63,944 nt of DNA, filler included, from Octopus bimaculoides (GCF_001194135.2; 6 parts of 6 records of this genome joined end to end with filler, not necessarily neighbours in it); one strand, 5' to 3'; shown: positions 39,575-53,081, counted from the whole stretch's first letter. Program-made: numbers and translations. The notes: generated from the sequence alone by a model not told the origin.

Positions 39575-39870
39575 TCTTTTACTTGTTGCAATCATTAGAC
39601 TGTGGCGATGCTGGGCACTGCCAACCCAGTCCTGTTTTTCTTAATCTGATGCATATTCCATCGGTTCTTTTATCCGAACAGCTAAGTTATGGGAACGCAA
39701 ACAAATCAATAAAGATTGTCAAGAGGTGGTGGGGGACAAACACAAAGACACACACGCGTACATGACATAAATGACAAGCTTCTTCCGTTCACAAGGTTTT
39801 AGTCGGCCAGAGCCTATAGTAGGAGAACTCAAGATGCTACGCAGTATGTTTGAACCCAGATACTGTTTGG
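39575..39870 (-). mobile_element. Diverged copy of the 24490-24980 SINE family
   Basis: ttttacttgtt.ca.tcatt.gactg.ggc.atgctgg, ggggacaaacacaaagacacac, caaggtttt.gtcggcc.gagcctatagtag. Confidence 0.7.
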
Positions 39871-40074
39871 TCCACAGATACTGCTTTGTGCTGGGTGGGG
39901 ATGCTAAGCTGCCCTGTTCGAAAATATAAGGACACAGATCGTGTGTTGTATAGCCAGCTCATAGAGCTAAACAACAGAGGCATTCGCCCCAAAATTATAC
40001 TGGCAAAAAATCGAAACATACAAATCTACACATATACATACATGCAAAAATACCCTGTTGATGTTGAAATTCCA

Positions 40075-40180
40075 ATGAAAGGACCTTGGATCTCGGTTAG
40101 AAACCAACCGGCTCTTTCTCTGTTCGGAAGAAATATTGAAATAAAACTGAACAATGACATACATACATACATACATACAT
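40075..40180 (+). mobile_element. Short retroposon 3' end with (CATA)n tail (second copy at 49277-49380)
   Basis: aagga.ccttggatct.ggttagaaac...ttgaaataaa.ctgaa.aatgacatacatacatac occurs at both loci. Confidence 0.7.
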
Positions 40181-40719
40181 GTAGATGAGTAGTATAGGAT
40201 GTGGATTTAGATAATCCTGCGACTATGCCACAAAGCTCCTCTTACGGACTCGGTTATCATTCCACGTAGTGATCAATTATATAGAAGTGTAATGTAGTGT
40301 GTTCATGTAACTGAAATTCCAGAAAGTCCATTCAATGAGATTATTTCATGAGATGTATATACATAGTGCTAAAACACTATTCTGACGAGAGTGTTTTGTA
40401 GTGATATCATTGTAACATATAATTATATATCACAGTGTTTTCAATGAAACACTGATCAAGGTTAAGGTAAATTATGCTGCAGTAAAGTTTTGCTTGTTAT
40501 TTGAAGTGTTTAAATTTATCTCATTTACATTTGAAATAACATCTTCATCCATTATAAATTGAAACTTAAAGTACTGCAGATTATAGTTACCGAACTCATT
40601 TAGTGAGCTTCTTGCATATTTATCAATTACATATTTACTTTCGATATTTATTGATAAATGTGTGAAATAGCAGCTAAATCACATCTTGTCGCCTTAAGGA
40701 GTCGTAAAATAATCTAATA

Positions 40720-41370
40720 CTAAGATATGGTGGAAATCTGTGGACACTCTGGATAAGCCAACACATGGTTGTCCACATATGAATACTGGTTGTTCCGGTA
40801 AACCTAAAGCAATCTTCTCATATGTTTGCCTTTGTGATTTATTGTGAATGCCAATGTCAATTTAACAGGAAATTGTTATCTAATTAATATAATTGGTAAC
40901 TCTTCACCAACTGACGAAACAGTGACTCTTAGAATAAAAACCGTTTTTCTGTGATGCGGGCCTTCAGTGCTGTTTTTGCCTTAACGATTTTGCTCGAATG
41001 TATTGAATAACTATGCGTGTACTGTTACACAAGCCATTGTCTTGGTCAATTGTACAGAGAATAGTCATAGCATTAGTCTTTAATTTTAATATATATGATG
41101 GCAAATCTGAAATAGTTAATCTTTGTAAGTACTGTATAGTGAATACTGGAGGGTCATCCGAATGTGAACATTGATCTTGACTAAACAGAACCGTTTCATC
41201 TACTGCAAATAATTTTAGCATTTCTTCATTGATGAAATCAACAACAACATTGTTTGAATGCTGCAATAGCCACTTTTGAAAATTTGTCTGGTTTTGACAT
41301 TTCTCAGTGACGTTTGTATTAAAAACAAATGAAACAATGTCATTGATCGCGAACAATTTCACATCCCTGG
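40720..41370 (-). mobile_element. Helitron PIF1-like helicase C-terminal remnant
   Basis: ORF 40964-41362: VDFINEEMLKL...QYLQRLTISDLPSYILKLK...NGLCNSTRIVI, then VFILRVT...LPIILIR*QFPVKLTLAFTIN...PVFICGQPCVGLSRV. Confidence 0.85.
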
Positions 41371-42129
41371 GGTATAAAAAGATTTTACTATTCCTCTAAC
41401 ACAGGTCCATTTTTTATTCGGAGAATGAATTTATTGAACTGAATTTGTTGAACGGAATTTGTTTTATTTTCTTCTTCTGAATTCTACGCATAGGATTTAA
41501 CTGCATATTTTCTGTCAGTTGAATAGCCTTTATATGTTTCCATAAAGAATACTTATCGAAAATACTGCCCACAATCTATGAAAAGAATCTTTTTGAAATC
41601 TGAGATAAATATATTAGTAAGGTACTCATTCGAATGAAATACATCTATTCGTTGCAAGTTTATAATAATACTTTCTTTGCTTTTTCACTTATATTTTGCA
41701 TTAAGAAATGTAAACTAAAAGAACCACATCGTGAAATTTCATAAGACGAAAAAATGCTTTCAGTATATATATATATATATATACATTAACAATATTGGTA
41801 GTACGGATTACTACGAAGTTGCATTACATTGCCTTTAATACTTTAATTTATATACCGCCTTCCATGGACCAGCACGTTTCAATTGCACCGATTAGTAAGA
41901 GTTGCAATTGCAATCATACTATAAAACCGCTGCAGTTTCTTCAGGGTCTTGATATCCTTTGATTTGGTCGTTTAAAGATTTTCTTTTCTCTACTCTGCAT
42001 TGTATAATGTAGAGCTGTCCGTTACGTTAGACGCAAACAATCTACATTTCGAGTTGGATAATCATTTTTAGTCCATTGTTTCAAAACCTTCTATTGTTTC
42101 AATGATACTTATTCATTTATACTTGGCAA

Positions 42130-43910
42130 GTGTAAATTGTCTAATGTGCAAGCATCTCAATGCTTGTTCCTATTTAGAATTTATTATATTACCCTTGGAT
42201 GTGAATATCCGGTAAAATTCTTCTAAGCATAAGTCACATCTATTGGTTCCAGGTCTGTATGGTTTTACAATACAAATTAATTCCTATTCAATAGTATAGT
42301 CTTTGTTACTGTCCTTAAAAGACTAGATCAATTTGCTTAAACCCGTTTGGAACCTTTTATTTTTGTCTTTAAATGAACTCAAATGATTTGCCAGACTCTT
42401 CCTGAAAATGAATGATGTTCCACCGATGTAAAAGAATTTCTTACCCTCAGATGTAACTNNNNNNNNNNNNNNNNNNNNNNNNNNNNNNNNNNNNNNNNNN
42501 NNNNNNNNNNNNNNNNNNNNNNNNNNNNNNNNNNNNNNNNNNNNNNNNNNNNNNNNNNNNNNNTATATATATGTATATATATATATTAAATTTTTATTCT
42601 TACACTTATTTTCCACATAACAGGATTCCCGATTAGAACAATTGCAAAGATAATCTATATTTCTCTCAAATTTTGTTTTAATTTGATCAATCATTGTAGA
42701 ATTATATTCATTTTCACCAAATTCTTTATCGCTATTTACTCCTCTAGATAACGCTATTTTTGTTCTAATTTTAGCTGAACTTTTATTCGATTTCACGTTA
42801 TTAACCTTGCTAACTTGGGTTGTTTCCATTTTCGCAACATTTAAATTCCTAGAGTTCCCTTCTATTAATTTTTTAAATTCCGTTTGATGTTATTATGCTT
42901 AACATTTATAACGCCATTCTGATTGTAATCGCATAAATCAGTAACCTGCGCCGAACCCATAGCTATGTCAATCATACCCCGTCTATACTTTCTGATCCAG
43001 TATTTATTCTCAAATTTGATGATAGATTTTCTAGCCGCCAGAATAACATCTATTTCACCCCTAGTTATTTCTGAACTTTTCCTTTGCAAACATCAGTGCC
43101 TTATTATGTAGTATTGGGCTCATAGAAGCATAGTAATTTCAAATATCTACCTGGATAAATTTAGTTTAATACTTATTTTGTATTTGTGTAAACCAGTTAA
43201 TCACTTCATATGAACTGAACCAAAGATTTAGTTTATTATGTTCCTAAGTTTCGGTTTATATTTATCTAATATGAACTTAATAATTTTACCAAGATCAGAT
43301 TTAGGACATATAAATCTAACAGTTCGATTTGTATCAAAATTAGGTTTATGATCCCTAATAATTCTTGGTATCTTATATTCATGAGGTTCTGTTTTATTTT
43401 CCAAATTATATCTTAGCATAATTTTTCTTGCTTGAAGGTTTAGCTGTTTCAGGTTTTTGGAATCCGGAATCTCATAGTTTTTTAATTATCTCTTTCTGTA
43501 GAAGTGAGTGATACATTCAGTAGTTTAAATGGTATAGGTTAACCGGTTTATTAACATGAACCAGAATTCCATCTTTTTTTCAAAAGTTCTTCTAAAGTAT
43601 GTAGTTCTTGAAGATATTTGTTCTTCCTAAGAGGGAATTTATGAAATTTTACATTTTAAACAATTCTCCAGAGTTCATCTTCGCTAGGGGCAGATATTGG
43701 TTAGGTGGTGAATATCGTCTTATTTTAAAATTTCGCTGTATGTTATCACCAATTACAGTATTTTAAAGATCCTTTATATCAGGAAAGTAAGTTTTCCATC
43801 TCATACGATGTATAAAAGAATTTGTCTTATATATGAAGTCTTCAATATATTCTTTCCTCGGTGGCTGTGGAATGTCTTTCAGGGATGCTTCAATACTTGT
43901 CCATAATCAG
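42130..43910 (-). mobile_element. Penelope-like element (RT plus C-terminal GIY-YIG), decayed, second subtype
   Basis: RDHKPNFDTNRTVRFICPKSDLGKIIKFILD; IDIAMGSAQVTDL; CNCSNRESCYVENKCKNKNLIY; FYIGGTSFIFRKSLANHLSSFKDKNKRFQTGLSKLI; PYRPGTNRCDLCLEE. Confidence 0.85.
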
Positions 43911-44559
43911 GTAAACCGTTTAGTTAGCGCGTTGAGTAACGATAATAATTATATTTGTAAACAGTAGGAGATTACCCCAAAGCGATTACCGGTTTGCTCT
44001 CAGTAAGGTATTCAAAATATGTTATTCAACAGTTAACACATAAATCCAATAAAGTTCTTATAAGATAGGAAATAAGCAGAATATTCTGTTGGATAATTTT
44101 GAATATATCTCCTTAACCATACAGGCTTCCTGGAGTATAAATATTAAGAACATCAATAATAAGAAGTACTACGAAGTTTGATGTATGCATGCATACATAC
44201 ATAATCATGTACAAACATATACATATTATGTGTGCATGTGTGTGTGTGTGTGTGTGTGCTTACCTTTACATCAGATGCGTAACTGGAGTAACTTTTTTTT
44301 ACAACTCCGATCTTAGACAATATATTGAAATCAGTTTGCTAGTATTAGCTCACCTCCTGCTCGTCGCAGTCCACTATTATATATACATATATATATATCA
44401 TTATTATCAGTAATAATATTTTATAATTAGCCTTTATTTATTCATAAAATTAAGCTAATCTTTGTATCTCTATAAATTCATACTTAGCTTATATAAAACT
44501 ATACTGATATAGTCACTACTTATAAAAAAAGTCTGAGATTATAATTTTATCAATATATA

Positions 44560-45000
44560 ATTAACATGTTCTTTTACCTCAATACTACTTTATTAATACC
44601 AGTATACTCCAATTAATCAATATTCACAGATACCATCTGATGAGTTAGTATTTAAATGTACAATATGTATAAATATTAAACAATTTCTGGATAATTTCTT
44701 TTTCTCCCTAATTGTGGTAAAAGTTTGGTATATACTCAAAAGTATTCATAAATTTCAATCCTTTTATTATAATATTCTTCTTAATAACCCTCTGAATAGC
44801 TCTAAACTTTAACTGTATACAATATAGCAACATTGCTTGAAATATTTAACTATAGTACTGCATAATAAGACTTGCCCTGTTTCATTATAAATGGTCTGCT
44901 AATGGGCGACACCCTTACTTGTCAGCTAACATCTTGATTTAAATTTTCCTTTACCAAACCTCATGATATTGCTTCTAATAAATCTTGATTTTTATGACTA
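44560..45000 (-). mobile_element. Possible further Penelope-like 3' remnant
   Basis: ADK*GCRPLADHL on the minus strand near 44890-44930 resembles GIY-YIG C-terminal PxAxH motifs; otherwise very decayed. Confidence 0.35.
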
Positions 45001-45749
45001 TACCAACTATGATTTCTCTCTGCTCCCTCAGCCCTACTCTTAACAGATACTGCCCTTTATTCTCTCAGCCTTAGATATATAACGATTTTATAAACTAGTC
45101 TATAAATTAAAACTGACCCAATGAAAAAAAAAATCAATGATAGGTAGTCTTCTTGATAATTTAGTAACTTATATGCTGAAGTGGAGACAGCATGTTCTTT
45201 GTCTATCTATATATCTTCTTGGAGATTTTAGGTATAATTATACTAATGTGTCCAGCTGTTCTAATTTAATTAAATTCTGTGTCTTTGTGCAGCTGAGGAT
45301 TGCTCTGCATCTTGAATTGATTTAATGATTGCATTGTTCAATTAAATGGAGTTACATGAAACGATCGTACTGCATTACCTCTGGATATCCTTGTTGCTTA
45401 TTTTGATCTTAATCACCTTACTTTGAAATTGTATGGATAATACCGTGCTAAATTCTGGTGCCTCAACTTAAGTACCATATTCACCTGAATCTAATTTTTT
45501 TTTGGACTCATCTACCATACCCAAAGTATATATANNNNNNNNNNNNNNNNNNNNNNNNNNNNNNNNNNNNNNNNNNNNTTAATTAATTAANNNNNNNNNN
45601 NNNNNNNNNNNNNNNNNNNNNNNNNNNNNNNNNNATGTAAAAAATAAAATAAAGCTGAAGCAAATTAACACCAAATATACAGTGCATGTGTTTTTATTGG
45701 CTAAACTGGCAACATGACCATCCCCAAATACAACAATATCTGTTTCAAC

Positions 45750-45870
45750 ACACGAATTCACATCAAGAATCTTGCAAAACGAATATATAAACGTCGCCTT
45801 GTTTCTTTCTGTGTTACATTCTGTGGAAGAGCGTAGGCTCGAAACGTTAAAAACTTTTTCAATTCCCGAG
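45750..45870 (+). mobile_element. Repeat carrying a minimal hammerhead-like motif (CTGTGGA core)
   Basis: CTGTGGA-a-GAGC-gtag-GCTC-GAAA-CGTT at 45821-45848; same family at 61370-61515 and 62470-62640. Confidence 0.65.
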
Positions 45871-46352
45871 TTTTGCATTTGTAAATTCGTGGTTTGAAGC
45901 ACATTTTAATGCGTATCTATATATACATAAATACATACATTTATAATCACACACACGTANNNNNNNNNNNNNNNNNNNNNNNNNNNNNNNNNNNNNNNNN
46001 NNNNNNNNNNNNNNNNNNNNNNNNNNNNNNNNNNNNNNNNNNNNNNNNNNNNNNNNNNNNNNNNNNNNNNNNNNNNNNNNNNNNNNNNNNNNNNNNNNNN
46101 NNNNNNNNNNNNNNNNNNNNNNNNNNNNNNNNNNNNNNNNNNNNNNNNNNNNNNNNNNNNNNNNNNNNNNNNNNNNNNNNNNNNNNNNNNNNNNNNNNNN
46201 NNNNNNNNNNNNNNNNNNNNNNNNNNNNNNNNNNNNNNNNNNNNNACAGTCATTTTGAAAAAACCCCGAAAAGATGTAGAAGCGCCATGAATAAGACCCT
46301 AGATGCATTTTTGCCCGGTGTGCTAACTACTCGGCCAGCTCTCCGCCATAAC

Positions 46353-46423
<71 letters not shown>

Positions 46424-46429
46424 CAACAA

Positions 46430-46640
46430 TAGTACTTATTTCTTACATAAACACAAGGCTAGAGGTTTGTGAGAATGGGGTTTAGATGCTTGAATCAATC
46501 CCAACACTTAACTACTCAGCTGAGCCAGGACGATAGAAAGGCAAAGACGACTTGGGCGGAATTTGAACTCAGGACGAAACGACGGACGAAATGCCGCGAA
46601 GCATTTCTTCCGGCGTGCTAACGATTCTGCCAGTTCGCAG
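46430..46640 (-). mobile_element. tRNA-derived SINE (23620-24392 family)
   Basis: aaggcaaag.cgac.t.ggcggaatttgaactcag...gacgaaat.ccgc.aagcattt..ccggcgtgctaacgattctgccag. Further degenerate copies near 17955-18070, 31590-31700, 62000-62358 and 63785-63850. Confidence 0.8.
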
Positions 46641-46970
46641 CCTTATTACACACAGATATTAACCATAAAATCTTATATGGGTCCCACAAGGGGCCAAATG
46701 GACCCTGGGTGAGAACCGCTGCACAAGGCCATGGAAACGACGGAGACAAAAGAGTGGTTGAACGATCAATGTAGAGTATGTGGGGGTGGGCGTGGAGGGA
46801 GTGGAGTGTCAGAAAATGAAGTCGTAACTATCTCTGCTCCTTCCTGGCTTTTTTGGCAATTTAGGTGGGGGTTGGGCACCCAGATACATGCTGTACAACG
46901 CGGAATTGCTTCCTTTTGGGGAATAGGGGACGAATTACAATATTCTCTTGCTGACCTCAATTACAGTGAC

Positions 46971-46980
46971 TGAGAGAGAT

Positions 46981-47034
<54 letters not shown>

Positions 47035-47104
47035 AGAGGGGAGAACGAGAGGGGAAGAGAAGGGAGCAGGAGAGAAGAAAATAAATAAAAAAATAGGAGG
47101 AAAA

Positions 47105-47148
<44 letters not shown>

Positions 47149-47210
47149 GTGTGTGTGTGAGAGAGAGTGAGAGAGAGAGAAAGAGAGAGTGAGTGAGAGA
47201 GAGTGAAAGA
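46971..47210. repeat. (GA)n-rich low-complexity tract
   Basis: Directly visible. Confidence 0.9.
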
Positions 47211-47449
47211 GAGATTAGTATTGATATTCTAAAAACTATGTCAACACACATGACAGAAAACGATGCGTTTTAGTCAGGTGACATGATACCATGACGACGA
47301 GGAAGTTTCCTCTGCGTGGTCGATCGACCGGCTGGAAACAGCAGCCAAGCTTCCCTTAAATAGTACTGTGCCGTCTTAGACAAGGAAAACTATGTTAGAC
47401 GTAGCTCCAAATGTGTGCAAGGCATGGAGGTGCCATTAAAAAGCAGACT

Positions 47450-47530
47450 AAGGTACATCTCGTAGCATTGCACACTCAGGTACATCTCGTTGCACAGCAT
47501 ACACAGGTACACCTTGTGGCACAGCAGAGT
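47450..47530. repeat. Three 27-bp tandem units
   Basis: aaggtacatctcgtagcattgcacact / caggtacatctcgttgcacagcataca / caggtacaccttgtggcacagcagagt. Confidence 0.8.
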
Positions 47531-48054
47531 GCCGTTCTGCAATCTCTCGTTTGGGAGACACTGTGTTTAAAATCGGTAAAACTTAAAAGCTAGCGACATG
47601 AATAATATGGAAGATATTATCGTAACTAGTAAGCGCCCCAATACATTTATTCAGTGGTCGTTCCGTGCCACTGTATAAGCTCAAGAACTCAGTTTCATGG
47701 ACAGTTACCTGATTAATCTTGCCAATTTTGATTGTGGAAATTATAAACTATGACTAACACGCCATCTGCCCCCCGCTGGGCAATTTAATCAAAGCTGAAT
47801 CAATCATCATTTAAGCTGCAGTTTGTGTCCCCAGTGACATGGACTGCCCATCCATCATGATTCTGAGATGAGAGAGAAGATTCAAGAGACAGTATTTAAA
47901 ACGTAAGCCCACCTTAAAATATAAGAAAAACCAGGTACAGCGTTATCAAGTTTCAATGGTACTTGAAACACTCTACCATTAATAAATTTGATATTTGATT
48001 TACATTGCACTTCAACAAGGGTATACATTCTGCACATTTGCGTGACATCTGTAC

Positions 48055-48057
48055 TAT

Positions 48058-48106
<49 letters not shown>

Positions 48107-48110
48107 GCTG

Positions 48111-48141
<31 letters not shown>
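48055..48141. repeat. (TAC)n-(TGC)n microsatellite
   Basis: Directly visible. Confidence 0.95.
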
Positions 48142-49746
48142 GTTCCTGGAGCCAAGACTGGCCAAGACTGGCCGAACGTACGACGATCACCGATCTTCGA
48201 TGCGAAGGCGTCCCAATGCAAATACATATATACTTTTTCAAATGACGAAAATTCACCGATATCGAAAAAGTGAAAACAAGCAATGTTAAGTCTATGAACG
48301 AGGTATAAACAGTAACTGCACGACAACGTGAAGTAAATTTGCCACTTAAATGCGGCTAAACCCTAAGGGATATATATATATATATATATATANNNNNNNN
48401 NNNNNNNNNNNNNNNNNNNNNNNNNNNNNNNNNNNNNNNNNNNNNNNNNNNNNNNNNNNNNNNNNNNNNNNNNNNNNNNNNNNNNNNNNNNNNNNNNNNN
48501 NNNNNNNNNNNNNNNNNNNNNNNNNNNNNNNNNNNNNNNNNNNNNNNNNNNNNNNNNNNNNNNNNNNNNNNNNNNNNNNNNNNNNNNNNNNNNNNNNNNN
48601 NNNNNNNNNNNNNNNNNNNNNNNNNNNNNNNNNNNNNNNNNNNNNNNNNNNNNNNNNNNNNNNNNNNNNNNNNNNNNNNNNNNNNNNNNNNNNNNNNNNN
48701 NNNNNNNNNNNNNNNNNNNNNNNNNNNNNNNNNNNNNNNNNNNNNNNNNNNNNNNNNNNNNNNNNNNNNNNNNNNNNNNNNNNNNNNNNNNNNNNNNNNN
48801 NNNNNNNNNNNNNNNNNNCCGATTATGAAAACAATAGATGGATAAGGTTATGACTTGATTCATTTGAAAAAAAATCAAAGATCCCTATGGATCACACAGG
48901 TTGTAATCCTCTGAAACATATGTAGGAATAAAGTATGCAATTATAACATGCGTTTTCTCCATTCCTTAAATTCTTATATATATATATATATATATATATA
49001 TAGCAGTGAATGACCAACAGTTTGTCATACTGAGGTCGGTGAAGTAGTATTACATGACTAAACCAGAAATCAATCTATGGCTAAGCTTTTTCAGAAACTC
49101 ATTTCTGATCATTCCCTCTCTTTCAGTCCGTGTTTATGTAATAAATAAAGTAGTTTAGAGTCATTTGGCGTCTTCTTTTAGCATGTGGTATTACTTGGTA
49201 CTTGCCCTTGTTATAATTTTATAATTATATTTATAAAATTATATACTTTGTATACATAAATACATAATACATACGTGAAGGAGCCTTGGATCTAGGTTAG
49301 AAACCGGTTCTTTCTTTATCGGCAAGAAACCTTGAAATAAACTGAATAATGACATACATACATACATGCATACATACATAGGTATATATGCATGCATGCA
49401 CATAAACATATGTGTTTATATACACATATACACGCTCTCGCATGTACACATACACATGCTTACTCACAAGCTAGCGTGGGAAACTTTGACCCGAATCTTC
49501 AACCTGACAGTTTAATATTACAAATGCTGTCTCAACTCGCGTTACATGTTGTTTTCCAGAACGATCTAAATAACATGTCGACCCGCAAAGTGACATCCAG
49601 TCACGTGACATCATCTTTGAAAACACCTCAGTAGATTTGGTGTTGCCTTTTTTTTCTTCCTGGCAGGTTGTATTGGTAAATATAACAGATCACTGTTTAC
49701 AAATGAATGCCTCAAGAAGTAGCTATGCAACTGCCTATCTCTATCT

Positions 49747-49797
<51 letters not shown>

Positions 49798-49911
49798 NNN
49801 NNNNNNNNNNNNNNNNNNNNNNNNNNNNNNNNNNNNNNNNNTTAATTAATTAANNNNNNNNNNNNNNNNNNNNNNNNNNNNNNNNNNNNNNNNNNNNGAT
49901 CTTATATACAT

Positions 49912-49943
<32 letters not shown>

Positions 49944-50845
49944 TTACACACAAACACACACATACAAACATATATACATATAAGCATACGTATATGTATG
50001 TGTATGCATCTATATGTGTATATAATATATATATATACATATGCACACACACATATATGCTTATGTATGTATCTATAAATATATATGTACACATAGTACA
50101 TATTGTATGTATGTATGTATGTATGTATGAACGTATGCATGCATATGTATAAACGAGGGTAGTACCCATCAAATTTACAATGTGTATGTCTGTGTTTGTT
50201 CAGTTATTTCCTTCTTTCTACCTCGAACGTTGCTACTGTTTATCCTCATATTTCTTGTCTTTCTTCACCATCTCTTCTTCTCCAAATCACGTCGGGCATT
50301 GACTTATTGCCATAATCTTCTTCTTTAGTTCTAAATCGAACAGTTTCTTTGTAACTGAGAAAACCTGTTGTATATTTGAACCGTCGGTTCTTCATTCCTT
50401 CTCTCTTACAGCCTCATTCCCGCTTTATCTAGTTTCCAATTTGTCCTCTCAATCAAACTCTGCATCCACGTCTTTTCGTTCTTTCCCACCTTCTTTTTAT
50501 TCCACACCTCTTTACCTCTCTCTGTCTGTGTCTATCAATCGTTCACTTCTTATACTTCTATTATTATATCATGTTACCGCTCTAATTACCATTTCCTCAC
50601 TCTTATTACTCACTTGCTCTTGCTCTCTTTCAGTTATCTCACCTTATCTTTCTCTGCTTGTTCTGCTGACTGTTGGGTTACTCCAACCTATCAAATCATC
50701 TATGTAATGTTACCGTATATCTTTATATTTCTTTCTCTAAGTTCCACCTCTCTCAGCACAGTTATTGCTTTCCCTTTCTTAGAGGATAACAGAAAGCGGT
50801 AGAAATCAAGGAAACGACAAGTTTGCACATATCGACAGATAGATA

Positions 50846-50903
50846 GTTAGGTAGGTAGGTAGGTAGGTAGGTAGGTAGGTAGGTAGGTAGGTACCTACCT
50901 AGG

Positions 50904-50958
<55 letters not shown>
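50846..50958. repeat. (AGGT)n-(AGAT)n microsatellite
   Basis: Directly visible. Confidence 0.95.
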
Positions 50959-50961
<3 letters not shown>

Positions 50962-51019
50962 TACATATACATATTTGCGTGTATATGTTTGTGAGTGAGA
51001 TATCTATTTGTTTATGTGA

Positions 51020-51338
51020 AGGCGTGTAGCGTAGTGATTAAGGCATTCGGCTCACGATCGTAAGGTCGTGACTTCAATTCCCGGCTACGCGTTGTGTCCT
51101 TGAGCAAGACACTTTATCTCACATTGTTCCAGTCCACTCAGCTGGCAAAAATGAGTAGTACCTGTATTTCAAAGGGCCGGCCTTGTCACACTCTGTGTCA
51201 TGCTGAATCTCCTTGAGAACTACGTTAGGGGTACACGTGTCTGTGGAATGCTCAGCCACTTGCACGTTAATTTCACGAGCAAGCTGTTCCGTTGATCGTA
51301 TCAGCTGGGACCCTCGTCGTCGTAACCGACAGAGTGCT
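51020..51338 (+). mobile_element. tRNA-derived SINE with CORE-like central domain
   Basis: tagcgtagtgattaag A-box-like, gacttcaattcc B-box-like, then gtgtccttgagcaagacactt...cagtccactcagctgg..aaaatgagta, resembling the CORE domain of MIR-type SINEs. Confidence 0.8.
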
Positions 51339-51834
51339 CCTTTTATCTATTTAATTATTTACATAGATATATATAGACAGACAGACATATATACATACAT
51401 GCAGACAAATAAAGAAAAGATATATATTGACACCGTAAATATACATATATTTTCATTGTAGGCTTCTATTTATCTATACATATTTCATTTCTATGGCTGT
51501 GCTGCAGATTCACTGTCTCGGCTTAAATTTACACAGAACTTCATCGTAGCTCCATATAATGTTATTTAGTTGTGGAGCACACTGAGTGAACAAATGACGC
51601 GAATAAACGAGTTAAGATGTTCCTTGTGAGGTTAACATGTGTCTAGTTAACATTTAAACTTATAAACACACACACATCGCTTTTAGATTCCTTCTCCTCA
51701 TCCATAACCGTCTCTCCGTCCTCCACCCTACATTCTCGTTGTTCAGTTCCTTATATTCGCCATCCCACCATCCACCTCCCTTTCTTCTCATCAACTGTTT
51801 TATCTAGTCTTATCTCTTACATCTTTCCAAGCCT

Positions 51835-52208
51835 CGTCTCCTTTCTCTCTCTCTCACCCTCTCTCTCCCCTCTCTCTCCGTCTCTCTCTCACTCTCTCAC
51901 TCTCCTGCCTTTCTCTCACTCTCCTGCCTTTCTCTCACTCTCTCTCCTCTCTGACTCTCTCTCCTCTCTCACTCTCTCTTTCACTCTCTCTCTCACTCTC
52001 CCTCTCTCTCCCTCTCTCTCCCTCTCTCTCCCTCTCTCTCACTCACTCTCTCTCACTCTCCTCCCTCTCTCACATTCCTCCCTCTCTCACTCTCTCACTT
52101 CTTATTTGTCCCTCTCCTTCACTCCCCTTTTTCTCATTCATACACACACTTTCGATCCCTCTCCCTCTCTTGTTTTACATAAACACACTCTCTTCTCTCC
52201 CACCACTA

Positions 52209-52274
<66 letters not shown>

Positions 52275-52520
52275 ATGCCCTCGCTTCCTCTCTGTCTCTT
52301 CGACTCTCTTACACATACCCACTCTCGTTCCCTCTCTCTCCTCTCGCCCCTTTCTCACACAATCATACGTACACCCTCTCACTCATACCTCCTCTTTCAT
52401 ACCAACACACACTCTCTCCCCTCTCACAGATACCCACATTCTTTCACTCTTTCTCTTTCTCTATACTTTCCTCCCCCTCTCCCTCTCTCTCTCTCATTCT
52501 CTCACCCCCTCCTCTCTCTG
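51835..52520. repeat. (CT)n/(CA)n low-complexity tract
   Basis: Directly visible. Confidence 0.9.
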
Positions 52521-52930
52521 TTCCATTTTTCCCCTCATGCATCCCCACGTTATACAAGTCTCCTCACTTTCTCCACACTGATTTCTCTTCATATATGTAA
52601 GTGTGTAGTCATGTAAACATGTGTCTGTTCGAGGGTGTATTCGCACGTGTGTTTGTGTTTGTGCTTGTGCATATGTCTGTGTCCAAGTATATATATAAAT
52701 ATAGACATACATATACATATACATATACATAGCCACCTTGTAATTGTCCCCCCCCCCATCACAACCCACACCCATTTCTTTGATGATCGGCTTCCGTCAC
52801 AGCTTGTCAACTGTAATTGTCAATTTTCAACCATTTACCTAATTAAACTATACTTTCATTTCCTGTAGAGTGCTGGCAAATTATGTAACTTCCACTTCTT
52901 GATAATAAGCATATATACATATATATATAC

Positions 52931-52961
<31 letters not shown>

Positions 52962-53081
52962 NNNNNNNNNNNNNNNNNNNNNNNNNNNNNNNNNNNNNNN
53001 NNNNNTTAATTAATTAANNNNNNNNNNNNNNNNNNNNNNNNNNNNNNNNNNNNNNNNNNNNGGGTCGCTGCCAGAGCTGTC

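Noticed and set aside
40381-40460. CTGACGA ... GAAAC as a hammerhead
   Set aside because: No NUH triplet with matching stem I and stem III can be formed in any topology I tried.
43985-44010. Minus-strand CTGAGAGCAAACCGGTA near the 5' end of the 42130-43910 Penelope (also CTGATGA at 44638)
   Set aside because: Stem II or GAAA is missing and stem I does not pair; too decayed to call.
49468-49503. 36-nt minus-strand segment between ctgtcag| and a GTGAGT donor
   Set aside because: The acceptor has a poor polypyrimidine tract; such pairs are expected by chance in 64 kb.
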